A model generated the notes under the pieces. That model saw nothing but the letters and a program-made list of their open reading frames with translations. It did no database searches and was not told where the DNA came from. 64,000 bases of DNA from an uncultured delta proteobacterium (GTDB lineage: Bacteria; Myxococcota_A; Polyangia; Fen-1088). Both the position numbers and the translations under genes were made by a program. This document shows positions 29,972 to 39,817 of the stretch, in pieces (the stretch's first letter is position 1; every line of letters begins with the position of its first letter). Location of the stretch: contig CAWCMR010000025.1 in NCBI GenBank assembly GCA_963796685.1, positions 352,001 to 416,000 of the forward strand, in the 5' to 3' direction.

Positions 29972-30316
29972 TCACCTCTTGAAGTACTTCTTCAACTCCC
30001 TCACCAACGCGGCGAGCTGGTTTCGTTCTGCCATGGACAGATTGTCCTTTTGGTTCTTGGCGAACAGCGTGAGCAGAAAGGTGGGTACGTCTTCGCTGTG
30101 GAAGAACTAGACGACTCGGACTCCTCCGCTCTTTCCCCGTTCTCCGATGGCCACGCGGACTTTGCGAACACCACCGGTTCCCTTCATGATCACGCCGCAG
30201 GCCGGATCTCTTGCGATCGTCTCTATGACTCGGTCCTGCTCTTCCTGGGTCAGGAGTTTCTGTACCCTGGCCTGGTAGCTGCGCGTTTCGACGACCGAGA
30301 TCCATCTTTCCACCAC
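29972..30316 (-). pseudogene. higB: HigB/RelE-family toxin with in-frame TAG at 30107-30109
   Basis: GTGGVRKVRVA...GKSGGVRVV* continues in frame as FFHSEDVPTFLLTLFAKNQKDNLS. Confidence 0.85.
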
Positions 30317-30550
30317 GGCATCGATACTACGCCATTGGCGCATACTCGGCAAGGTGGCCGAGCGGGATGGCAAGGACGTTGGCTGGACGCGTGCATCTCC
30401 CAGCTTTGGAAGCGATCGCGAAAAGCGGCGCCATGGCGATCCCGAGAAGTGCGGGCTCGGATGGACACAAGTTGCCTACGGCATCGCGGCCTTGTTACGG
30501 AAGCCGCCTGGAGCGCATCGAATGTGTAAACCTGCGAAGGCGAGGTCATC

Positions 30551-31131
30551 ATGAGTGCATCGAGCGCACTTCTTCCGTTCGCCGATCGAGCGCTGACGGA
30601 CTTCATCCGTGGCCTCGCGACGGCGCCCTCGCTGAGCGAGGTTGGGGACGTCGCGAAGCTGCGCCGCCTCGGCGAGGAGCGGGCATCCCAGCGGCCCGCG
30701 GGACCGGCCATGCCGACGCTCGAGGTGACCCTCGGCGGGGGATGCCGCGGCGCTCGGCTTTATCGTCCCCCATCGACTATCGCCGGGCGCCCGAGCATCC
30801 GGTGCCGGCGGCCATCGACGATGCCGTCGCTGCTCTCGAGTGGGTTGCCTCGCGTCCGACGGAGCTTGGCCGAAGTCCCGACGCGGTCACCGTCGCGGGC
30901 GAGCTCCATCCCCTGAGGGACCAAGGCGAGGCGTTCGGGGCACGGTTGGTGGCCGCCGGTGTGCCGGTGCTCATGCGACGCGAGCTGGGCATGGTTCACA
31001 ACTTCTTGCTCTGGGATCGGGTATCTCCGGTGTGCGCGGACGCTGGGCGGCGTGTGGCCGCCGATATCTTCGACGGTCTTGCGAGGATTTCCCGAAAAAA
31101 ACTGCCTCCGCTCCAGCCTTCCCACAGATGA
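30551..31131 (+). pseudogene. Alpha/beta hydrolase (HSL-like esterase) remnant with internal deletions
   Basis: DYRRAPEHP.PAAIDD, PLRDQGEAFG.RL...GV and GMVHNF. The HGGG and GDSAG segments are lost. Confidence 0.75.
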
Positions 31132-31138
31132 GCGCCAC

Positions 31139-31298
31139 GTGTTGCGCAATAGCAACACAACCCCAAAGGCGAACTTCACACCTGCTCACCGACATCTCGC
31201 CGGCCCTGTCCAAGAATTGACAGTGCGGCTGACAGCGTGGCAATTTCAGCCACGGAATTGGGTAACCAGGACGACCTCGTACTGGCATAAGGATTGCT
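31139..31298 (+). promoter_or_regulatory. Sigma-54 promoter (31283-31298) with upstream palindromic enhancer-like sites
   Basis: TGGCATAAGGATTGCT fits GG-N10-GC. Palindromes: GTGTTGC-N6-GCAACAC (31139-31158), TGT-N10-ACA (31207-31222) and GTGGC-N7-GCCAC (31237-31253). Confidence 0.7.
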
Positions 31299-31320
31299 TA
31301 CTCGGAGTCGTGAGGTCAGC

Positions 31321-31554
31321 ATGAATTTGTCAAACTGTAGGTTTGTTGCAGCCCCACTGGTCCGACGGACCCTCATCGTCCGAGGAGATGTCCGCGCCGA
31401 TGTTGCATTTCAGAACGACATCAATGCGTTGATGTTTCAAATCGAAGAGGAACCGGTACCGTTTCGTTGTGTGGCCAGCCTCACATCATACAGCGTCGAC
31501 TGGCTCGAGAAATGCGCACCGGAGACGAGCTTCGGTGAAATCGGCCAGCACTGA
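31321..31554 (+). CDS. Small hypothetical protein (77 aa)
   Basis: ATG preceded by GAGG, just downstream of the sigma-54 motif. Confidence 0.5.
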   Translation: MNLSNCRFVAAPLVRRTLIVRGDVRADVAFQNDINALMFQIEEEPVPFRCVASLTSYSVDWLEKCAPETSFGEIGQH

Positions 31555-31592
31555 CCACCGACGACGATGATGATGATGGTGACGGTCTTCGA

Positions 31593-31870
31593 TCAGGGAC
31601 AGGTGTTCAGGAAGACCTGCCAGCCATCTGGCCGGGTCACGATGATGTCGAGCTTGGTATCGTGGTTGAGGTCACCCATGAGGAGAGCCTGGAATGGCTG
31701 CGGCAGCCCACCGGTGCATGGAAAGCTCAGAGGGGTGGCAAATCCGCCTCGTCCATCGCCCAGGTATACGGCGATAGAGCTCTTCTCCTCGGTGGTCGAC
31801 ACCGCCTCCTGCGCGGCGACGATGTCGGGGTTGCCATCGCCATCGATGTCGGCCACCCCGAGAGAATCTA
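31593..31870 (-). pseudogene. FG-GAP/VCBS repeat protein 3' remnant
   Basis: ADIDGDGNPDIV and GDLNHDTKLDII repeats; no 5' part. Confidence 0.65.
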
Positions 31871-32068
31871 CAAGTATCTGCGGCGGGGCGGGACCAAGTC
31901 CTCCAGGTCTGCCGCGGGGCCGGCCAACTGGCGAGCCCACCGCTTCACCTGGCTCAGATGACGCTCGTAGAGCGCATCAATGGGGTCCGCCGAAGCGGCA
32001 CTTGCGCCGGTGTCTCCGTCGGCTATGGCCAAACGTGGCTTCATTCTGAGGTCCGCTCCTGTACTCAC
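31868..32068 (-). pseudogene. ECF sigma factor 5' remnant
   Basis: DALYERHLSQVKRWARQLAGPAADLEDLV, then truncated. Confidence 0.6.
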
Positions 32069-32248
32069 GCCCCGAGCTCACGAAACCTTACGAGTGCGGT
32101 GTCCGGAAAATGGTCGCGTTGTTTCTCGCATAACTTCGACAGGATTAGGGAGCAGCCTCCGGTGACCCGAGCCCCGCGTTTCACTATTTGCCATGAGCTC
32201 GAGCGCATGGTGCTATTGTGCGACCCCTACCGAGGAGAGCATTGGACC

Positions 32249-33287
32249 ATGTGCAGTTTGGGTTCTCGCGAGCTGACAGACCTGTTGAAAATCTCAGTCA
32301 TTGGCGCCCTGCTTGGCGGAGGCTCGGCCTGCACGACGGCTCTTTACAACGGCCCCTCCAGGCCCCCGTCGCAAGTTGCCTCCATTGGAACGCGAAGCGG
32401 AGCCGAGATCTTGGCCATCGACGAGACAGATGTGAATGGAGGCGCCTTCGCCAGGTACGAGGTCCTGCCTGGGCGCCACCTGATCACCTTGGTGGGGAAA
32501 AAGTCGCAAGCGGGTTTCTTCGTGACCACGACCTTCACGTCGCGGGAGCAGGAACTGTGTCTCGACGCCGCTCCCGAGCACGACTACGACGTCGGTGCAC
32601 GTATCGGCAGTCGCGGTTGGGAGATAGAGGTCATTGACGAATCGAGCAAGGAAGACGTCCAGGGATGCGATGACGCTCCCCCGGGTCCGGGCTCTGCGGG
32701 TGTGCCGCGATCGTCCGCTGCGGTTCTTCTCCATGACCCCAAGCCCGGAAACGGCTTCTTGTTCCTCATGAGTGGCGACTTTGGAGGCGAGAACCTCGTC
32801 CGGGCGACCATGTCGAATGGAAACACGCAGACGCTATCCGGGGGCACGGGGATTCTCTTTGGGTTGGGCGCCGCGTACACGCCTCTGTGGATCGGCGATA
32901 CGATGGGACTCGGCGCGGACGCGCGCATCGGGATCAAATACGATTCCATCGATGCATCGAATGCCAGCATCAGCAAGCTGAGCTATCCATTCTCGGCCGG
33001 GATTCACGATTACCTGAAGGTGAGCCGGCGTTGGTACTTCACCTTGGCGGGGGGGAACGCACAAGGAGCTCGGCGCCGGACTTTCGGGTAGCGGCGACGC
33101 CACCGGGAGCGTCAGCTTCGGCTCGCCCTGGGGATGGTATGGCGAAGGCGGCTTTCTATTCGCGGAAACATGGCACTCCGCCATTGCTTTCACGGTTCGC
33201 TACACGAACATGAAACTGACCTACGCCGGGCAAGACATCGGGGCGAGCAACGTCGGCATCGGGTTGACAGTGCAGATCAATCCGTAG
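32249..33287 (+). CDS. Putative lipoprotein with C-terminal outer-membrane beta-barrel; frameshift in G-run near 33050
   Basis: Lipobox-like GGSAC and amphipathic beta strands. After the G7 run the frame continues ...YTNMKLTY...NVGIGLTVQINP*. Confidence 0.55.
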
Positions 33288-33346
33288 CGAGCTGGTCCGC
33301 CCAACCGCGCACTCCTCATGATCGTCTCCAACATGACCGAGGTAGC

Positions 33347-34636
33347 CTATCCGATTCCCCGGACGATCGCGCGCCAGTAGGAAGCTGGGAGCCCGTATTT
33401 GAACATCCACCACGTCGGCCTGTTTGCGCTCCATAGGCCCGCCCATCTCAACCAGGGATAGCGAGGTTTGTTGCTCCTATCGAAGAGCACCAGCATCGCC
33501 TTGCCTATCCCGGAAGGGACCATGCAACCCGTCGTTCCTCGATACTCCTCACGCAACTCCTTGCCCTGTAAGTAGCGAAGCACGTTATCGATCAATGGCC
33601 GCGTCCTGAAATGGACCGCGGCGCCGGTCTTGAATATCGGGGGCTCTGCGATCGTATCACCGTTCGGCCACACGCTTGGATATTGGGGATGTTGCCCATA
33701 CGGATTCGCAGGAACAAAACCACGAAAGCCATCCTTTGCCGCGATGGGATTTTGGTCCAGCCACGGCGAGGGCTTCATCGGCGGCACCATGTGGCTCATG
33801 GCGTATTCGATCTCTTCCGTCCCGCCCGTGTCCAGGTTGGCGAAGACAAGGGCTTTTCTGATGTGATCGACTCGAATGAGATTTCGATTGCAGAACACTT
33901 CGATTCCGTTGGATTTCAGAATGCCTTCCAGCCTGGCTTGGTAATCAGGCACAGGGAAGAGGATTGAATTGCCGAGGTAGATCTTGATATTGACGTTGTG
34001 TCTTGCTTTTCTGGCGCGCAGAACACTGTCGATCATATTGGCAATCTTGAAGATGGCCCCGGCACATTTGAACATGACGTTGGGCCGAACAAATACGTAA
34101 TTGCCTGAAACTGGCCTCTCGAGCATCGCCCGAATTCTGCCCAGTGTTTTCGGCTCGTAGACGCTGCTGAGGCTATCATCGTCACGCATGGCTGCCGCCA
34201 ACCCATCGATTTGGACGTAATCCGGGTGGATGCCCGAAGCTGGGATCAGGATGTCATAGGACAACTTCTCACCCCCTGCCAGCCTCACCGATTTGCAAAT
34301 CGGATCGACATCGACGACGCTGTCCCTCAATAGTGCAGCCTTGCGGGGGATTAGACTTTGGGTGGGACGGGTAATCTTTGCTTCCCCCAATTGCCCCACC
34401 GCACACAATGGCAGAGCTGCTTGAAGCATGTGATCCAGGCGCGGCTCGACAATCGTCACACGACTGTCGGGTGCCCTCCGCAAAGCAGTGTGCGCCGACA
34501 TCAACCCAGCCATTCCGGCCCCGATGACGACGACGTGGGGTTGGCCGCCGTTGGACCTTGGCAACGACGTGCGACTGATTTTCGTTGACCCCTCTAGAGT
34601 GTAGTCGGGTCGGTGCGTAGGTATTTGAAGCGCCAT
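33347..34636 (-). CDS. sqr: Sulfide:quinone oxidoreductase-like flavoprotein
   Basis: VVIGAGMAG Rossmann motif, FKCAGA..K, HMVPPM, GD...KTGAAV and Y.G.TGC, matching type II SQR patterns. More AT-rich than the flanks. Confidence 0.7.
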   Translation of the reverse strand: MALQIPTHRPDYTLEGSTKISRTSLPRSNGGQPHVVVIGAGMAGLMSAHTALRRAPDSRVTIVEPRLDHMLQAALPLCAVGQLGEAKITRPTQSLIPRKAALLRDSVVDVDPICKSVRLAGGEKLSYDILIPASGIHPDYVQIDGLAAAMRDDDSLSSVYEPKTLGRIRAMLERPVSGNYVFVRPNVMFKCAGAIFKIANMIDSVLRARKARHNVNIKIYLGNSILFPVPDYQARLEGILKSNGIEVFCNRNLIRVDHIRKALVFANLDTGGTEEIEYAMSHMVPPMKPSPWLDQNPIAAKDGFRGFVPANPYGQHPQYPSVWPNGDTIAEPPIFKTGAAVHFRTRPLIDNVLRYLQGKELREEYRGTTGCMVPSGIGKAMLVLFDRSNKPRYPWLRWAGLWSANRPTWWMFKYGLPASYWRAIVRGIG

Positions 34637-34654
34637 TTTCCTTCAGCTGTAAAT

Positions 34655-34705
34655 TGTCAGGCCCATTTAGGAATGTCCCCATTCCTGCCAAGTGGAAATG
34701 TCCCC
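34655..34705. mobile_element. Isolated IS terminal repeat, IS1202/ISNCY-like
   Basis: Starts TGT and has two internal AATGTCCCC repeats (TGTCAGGCCCATTTAGGAATGTCCCC...GGAAATGTCCCC). No transposase nearby. Confidence 0.5.
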
Positions 34706-34777
34706 TTGGTCGGTCCTCGCAGACCATACCACCGTAAGGCCTGAAAAGGGCGTAAACCGGTCCTGCAGGCCTGCTGG

Positions 34778-34848
34778 CCGAAACCGCCCCTCCCGGCGAG
34801 AAAGCGACGCCGGACCAGATGCTAATGAAGGGACACGGGGGCCGCAGA
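34778..34848 (+). repeat. pbp1A fragment copy 3 (matches 25058-25132)
   Basis: CCCTCCCGGCGAG.AAGCGACGCCGGACCAGATGCT.ATG.AGGGACACGGGGGCCG.AGA aligns to the pbp1A stop region with small indels. Confidence 0.9.
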
Positions 34849-35229
34849 CAGCCCCTGCCGCGGGGCCGCGGTCTACCCATCGGTCGCCTTCCCACCCAGG
34901 TCTGGCCGTCGCCTCCACTCCAACCCTCCTCTTTCCAAGCAGCAGGCTCCCTCGAGCGCGCCTTTCAGCGCACACATCAGACTGTCGCCGCAGTCCACAA
35001 GGGTCGGAAGGTTGCATCGAATCGGCGACGCCCCAGCTGCTGAATGCCTGAGCCCGGATAGCCGGAACACGCCTCTATGGCCTGTTCACCGGGGCCATCG
35101 CTGGCGGCTGCGTCGACCTTCACGGCATTGTCGGCAAGGGACTTGGGAGTAAGTGAACCCCCGCAAATGCCTACATCGATTGACGTCTCCGTTCTGCGAT
35201 ACGATGGTGGCGAGAAAACGAGGTTTACC

Positions 35230-36891
35230 ATGCGTATCGTCGGCTTTTCGTCGCTCGGTCTTGTGGGCATCACGCTGCTGTCGGTGGCCTGCGGGTCGAA
35301 GAAGACGACCGATATTGTCTATGATGTCCCTCCGCAGCCCTGGCCCGCGGCGGCATGTGCCGCTGTGGCGAACGGCGGCACGAAGACAGTCGCTGCATCG
35401 GTGCTCGTCAAACAATTGATCGACACGGCGTCGCCCTACAGGTGGATGGAAGCCTGGCTTGGTGCCGCGTCGGTCGTCGATCTCGACGGCGACGGCGTCA
35501 AGGAGATCATCGTGCCTCGCGGGTCGACGGTGGAAGCCTGGCACCTCGATGGCACGGTGGCTTGGCACTTCGACACCACGCAAGACCGCATCTGGGCGAG
35601 CCCGGTCATCGCGGACTTCAACGGCGATGGCAAGCTCGAAGTCGCCGTGGCGGCTCGCCAAAAGGTCTACTTGCTCGATGGCACCGGCAAGGTCATGCGA
35701 GGGTTCCCGGTCACCTGGTCGATGGCGGGCGAAATACGCACGATCGCCGCGGGCGACCTCGATGGCGACGGCGTTCCCGAGATCATCGTGAGCCCCGCGA
35801 ACGGAAACTCGGTCACCACTTCGATCGGCGACGTCGACGACACCGTCATGGCGTGGAAGGGCGATGGCACCGTGTTCCCGCACTTTCCGCCGATTGCGGG
35901 CGGCGTGAGCGGATGCACCGACGAAAACGGCAGCTCGCCTTGCTACACGTACTGGGAATACGACCAAAACCTCGCCGTCGGCGACCTCGATGGCGATGGC
36001 AAAGCTGATTTGGTCGTGGGCCACGACGACGCGTACATCTCGATCTATCACTCGAACGGCGTGATGTGGGATTCGAACCCGGAGTTTCCGAACAAGAAGG
36101 TCGCGGGCGTGCGCATGCTGCTCGATCAGGCTCTCGCCATCCAAGGCTACGGGCCTGATAATGCCCTGCAAGCCCACTTCACCAACACTCCGCCCGCGAT
36201 CGCCGACATCGATGGCGATGGCGTTCCCGAAGTCATTTATCTGTCGAGCGTGCAGAACATCGCGCAAGACAATCGGCTTTTGGGGGTCGCGCTTTGGGTC
36301 CTGCACCCCGATGCCAGCAGGCTTGCAGGGTGGGAGACACCGTTCTACGTTGCCCCGTATTTGGCGGGTCTATGGGACTACGATGGCACCAACGTCGTCG
36401 CCGCCACGAACCAAGTGACCGTCGCCGAGATCGACCCGATAAAGGCCGGCCCAGAGATGATCTTCGCGGGCTTCGACGGCTACATCCACGCTGTCGCCGC
36501 GGACAAGACCGAGTTGTGGGCGACGCAATATACGAAATCGGACCAAGTGCTCACGGGCGGCGTCGTCGTTGCCGATCTCTCGGGCGATGGCGTGCCGGAG
36601 ATCGTGTTCAATACGTACTCGACACAGCAGAATGCGAGTTTCTTGTTCGTCCTCGATGCGACGGGCACGATCGTGCAGCAGGTGTCGCTATCGGGGCGTG
36701 GCGCGATGCCGGTGCCCACGATTGCGGATGTCGACGGCGACGGGCAGCTCGAGATCATCGTGTCGCTCAAGGACGCCGTGGAAGGTGTCGAGAGCGTCGA
36801 CGTCTTCACCGTGCCAGGGTCGGCGACCAACTGCATGCCGTGGCCCACCGGACGAGCGAATGATTTGCGCAATGGCTACGTGAGGCCGTGA
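35230..36891 (+). CDS. FG-GAP/VCBS repeat beta-propeller lipoprotein
   Basis: Lipobox SVAC and many D[L/I/F/V]DGDG..E[I/V] repeats. Confidence 0.87.
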   Translation: MRIVGFSSLGLVGITLLSVACGSKKTTDIVYDVPPQPWPAAACAAVANGGTKTVAASVLVKQLIDTASPYRWMEAWLGAASVVDLDGDGVKEIIVPRGSTVEAWHLDGTVAWHFDTTQDRIWASPVIADFNGDGKLEVAVAARQKVYLLDGTGKVMRGFPVTWSMAGEIRTIAAGDLDGDGVPEIIVSPANGNSVTTSIGDVDDTVMAWKGDGTVFPHFPPIAGGVSGCTDENGSSPCYTYWEYDQNLAVGDLDGDGKADLVVGHDDAYISIYHSNGVMWDSNPEFPNKKVAGVRMLLDQALAIQGYGPDNALQAHFTNTPPAIADIDGDGVPEVIYLSSVQNIAQDNRLLGVALWVLHPDASRLAGWETPFYVAPYLAGLWDYDGTNVVAATNQVTVAEIDPIKAGPEMIFAGFDGYIHAVAADKTELWATQYTKSDQVLTGGVVVADLSGDGVPEIVFNTYSTQQNASFLFVLDATGTIVQQVSLSGRGAMPVPTIADVDGDGQLEIIVSLKDAVEGVESVDVFTVPGSATNCMPWPTGRANDLRNGYVRP

Positions 36892-36930
36892 CGCGCAATG
36901 CAATGTCGACGACGTCTTCAAGCGTGTCGC

Positions 36931-37173
36931 TCATGCCTGGCGTCCCGCGAACACGCGCCGAGCAACCTCGGCACCATAAAGACGCTCGGCAAGCTTCTGG
37001 CGAACCTCGTCGTCCGAGAGAAGACGGTTGGGATGCGCCCGTTTGATGCCGGCGATGGCAAGCTCTCGCGTGGCTTGCGACAAGCCGAGGCAGATCGCGA
37101 GTCGTCTTTCGGGCCCTGCTTGGCGCAAGAGCTCGAAGTATCTGGCGTTTGCTTTGGGCGAGGTATCGCGCAC
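36931..37173 (-). CDS. Small hypothetical protein, probably the partner of a lost downstream gene
   Basis: MRDTSPKA...LLRQAGPERRL...HP...LAERLYG. Its stop overlaps an ATG (MSDTLEDVVDIALRV) that runs into the convergent gene. Confidence 0.6.
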   Translation of the reverse strand: MRDTSPKANARYFELLRQAGPERRLAICLGLSQATRELAIAGIKRAHPNRLLSDDEVRQKLAERLYGAEVARRVFAGRQA

Positions 37174-37351
37174 GAAGGTCAATCTACCACGCGCGACGCT
37201 GCTTGCGCGGCGGTCAACGAACCCATCCAAGCGCAAATCGGGGATCTCTTGCTCCGTCCTCGCCACGCCGGATCGCGCCAGTTGGTCCCTGTGCACCTTT
37301 TGCGGCTTGTCTTAAGTCGACGCAGGCCTCGCGACGGCGGTATCGTGGGGC

Positions 37352-38132
37352 ATGGCCGAAGGGTTTGCTTATCGAGAGATTCTTGGAAAGTCCGTGCACC
37401 GCTACGGGCTCTCTGCCTCCTATGGGCTGGATGAGGCTGGCGTGCGCGAGGCGCTCGAAGCTCGGGGCGAACTACATCTTCTGGAGCCCCGCCAAGAAGT
37501 TCCTCAAGACCGTCATCAAGGACGTCGTCATGAAGGATCGCGATCGTTTTATGCTGGCCACCGGGCCCATTCTCGGCTACTTCGCCGGCTCCGTGCGGCG
37601 CGCGACCGAGAAGGCGTTGCGCGCGAGCGGCAGCGACTACCTCGACGTGGTGCAGGTGTTTTGGGCCGGCAGGATGTCGGCGCTCACCCGCTCCGTGATC
37701 GACGAGCTGGTGAAGCTGCGGCAAGAGGGAAAGGCCCGCACCATCGGCGTGTCGATCCACGACCGCAAGCGTGCGGCGAAGCTCGCAGCGCAGGGGCCGC
37801 TCGATTTCTTCATGATTCGCTACAACGCCGCTCATCCCGGTGCCGAGGTCGACATCTTTCCCCATCTGCCGGCGAAGAAGCCCATCATCGCCGCCTACAC
37901 AGCCACCTCTTGGACCAAGCTGCTGCGGCCACCCAAGGGATGGACCGGTCCCGCCGCGACCGCGGGAGACTGCTATCGCTTCTGCCTGAGCAATCCCAAT
38001 GTCGACCTCGTAGTCTCGGCACCCAAGACTGCGGCGCAGATGCGTGAGAACATGCAAGCCCTCGCACGGGGACCGCTGTCCGACGAAGAGATGGCGCACA
38101 TGCGGGCGCTCGGTAAGGCGGTTCACGGCTGA
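37352..38132 (+). CDS. Aldo/keto reductase-like protein; frameshift near 37459
   Basis: SDYLDVVQ, GKARTIGVSIH, IRYNAAH and CYRFCLSNPNVD. The N-terminus is in the 37352 frame. Confidence 0.8.
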
Positions 38133-38312
38133 GCGGCGAACAGAGTCTGTTGAGCTCTCAAAATGAAGCTGCAGTTCCCAAGGCACTGCGAGGGAGGGAT
38201 GGGAAATGGTGACGGCGGCGCTGACCGGAACGTCGTCGTTCGCAGATCCGGTTTCTATTCCGAGAAGGGCACGTCGTGTGGCGCGTCGCCGTCGATAACA
38301 GGCAGCATGGGA

Positions 38313-38663
38313 TTAGAAAATCAAAACGGCGAAAACAACCAACGCTACCGCAACCAGCGCAAGCCATGTGGCGAGTCCGTGCTTGCGACGGTTGGGGGCA
38401 CAGACCTCTACCACCTCGTCCCAGTAGTTCTCAACAGGGGGTGGAGTGGACAGCTCGTCCCCTTCTTTGAAGAACTGGGTATCCACCGTGTCGAAAGCGC
38501 GGTGGGGGGACGGGCGGGTGCTGCTGCTTTGCACTCCCGCAGCAGGGGCGCCGAGCGAGCGAGAGGGCGGGATGGATGATGAGGAGTCCAAGCAAACCTC
38601 GATGCTCCCATGATGAAGCAATCCCCGTGCCGAGCAGCAGGCCCGCCAACCACCAGCAAACAC
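38313..38663 (-). CDS. Hypothetical small membrane protein
   Basis: Acidic segment followed by a C-terminal TM helix; start uncertain. Confidence 0.35.
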   Translation of the reverse strand: MFAGGWRACCSARGLLHHGSIEVCLDSSSSIPPSRSLGAPAAGVQSSSTRPSPHRAFDTVDTQFFKEGDELSTPPPVENYWDEVVEVCAPNRRKHGLATWLALVAVALVVFAVLIF

Positions 38664-38786
38664 GCCATGTCCTCCACTGAGCCTTCACCACAGTCATCAA
38701 ATAGCTGAACGCTAGCGGAACAGAGCGGACAATGTTGTCGCGGGTTCGTTGGAACCACAGCTGTACGACAACGACCTACCTGGCCT

Positions 38787-39701
38787 ATGCTCCTCCGAGA
38801 ATCGATTGACCGAGGGCACTACACGGACAGCGCCACCCTTTCGCAGTACTTCCGCGCCATGATCTGGCTCGGGACGATAGACTTTCGCCTCATCGAGACC
38901 CAATCCAATGACTCGCAGATTTTTCATCGCCCCCAGTTCGAGGCCATGGTTGCGCTGTTCGACCTCTTCGACGGCGGCTTGCTCGACAATTGGAATACCC
39001 TGCACGCGACGATCTCGACCTTCGTCGGCCAGGATGACTCGATGACCCCGGCCGAGGTGCCCGCGCTGGAGCAGGTCTTGGGCGTGCAAAGCTCCGCCGG
39101 GCTAGCCACGCTGGACGACGCGGCCATCGCCCAGGCCGTTGCGACCGGGCGCTTCGGCACGCAACGCATCGACAGCTACATCCTGATTGCCGACCCACAC
39201 GCCGGCACCTTGCCACTCAACAGCTCATTCCTGGTCTTCGGGCAGCGATTCACGGTGGACTCGTTTGTGCTGTCAAATGTGGTCTACGATCGGGTGAACC
39301 ACCCGGATTATCCGCCGCGCATGATGCCGAAACCCCTGGACGCGGCCTTTGCCGCCATGGGCAACGGCGACGCACTCCCGTTCCTGGCCGGCGACCTCGC
39401 AACATATGGCTGGTACCCGCAACTGATCGCCGGCGTCTCCCCGGTCGCCCACAAGCCGACCATCGCCGACATCTTCATGGATCCCGACACCGGCACGGTT
39501 CTCGAGGTGGGCACCGGCGACGTCAACCCGATGGTGGTCGTGGTCGAGACCTGCGTGGGTCCGCGTGCGTTCGCGGGCTTGAGCTTGTCCTACTACGAGA
39601 CCACCGCGAGCAACTTCAAGCCCCTGACGGACAACGATTGGGTGGGCATGCTCGCGACTGCGGCGCGGCCGGACTGGCTTGCGCCGGTGCTGGTGCCGTA
39701 G
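38787..39701 (+). pseudogene. DUF3160-family remnant (5' part and an internal part missing)
   Basis: RGHYT...YFRAMIWLG, FGQRFTVDS, PTIADI..DP.TG.VLEVGTG and SYYE...LTDNDW. Confidence 0.72.
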
Positions 39702-39817
39702 CTTCGACGGGGCGGCGGAGTATCCATAGAGAGTCAGCGACGCAGGCGCCGACGACCGGGCCCCCCCTGGTGACACCACCACCGCTACTTGTCCGGGCGT
39801 TGGTATTGCAAAGGCAG

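Larger units (their letters stand above)
25132..34848. mobile_element. Degraded genomic island anchored at the pbp1A 3' end
   Basis: Its far end carries a copy of the last ~75 nt of pbp1A (34778-34848). It contains TA, HNH, ORF6N and T6SS remnants and an IS end. No integrase seen. Confidence 0.6.

Noticed and set aside
30107-30109. Pyrrolysine or selenocysteine recoding at the in-frame stops (also 63614)
   Set aside because: The positions correspond to Tyr and to a coiled-coil residue, not catalytic sites, and no supporting machinery or element was seen.
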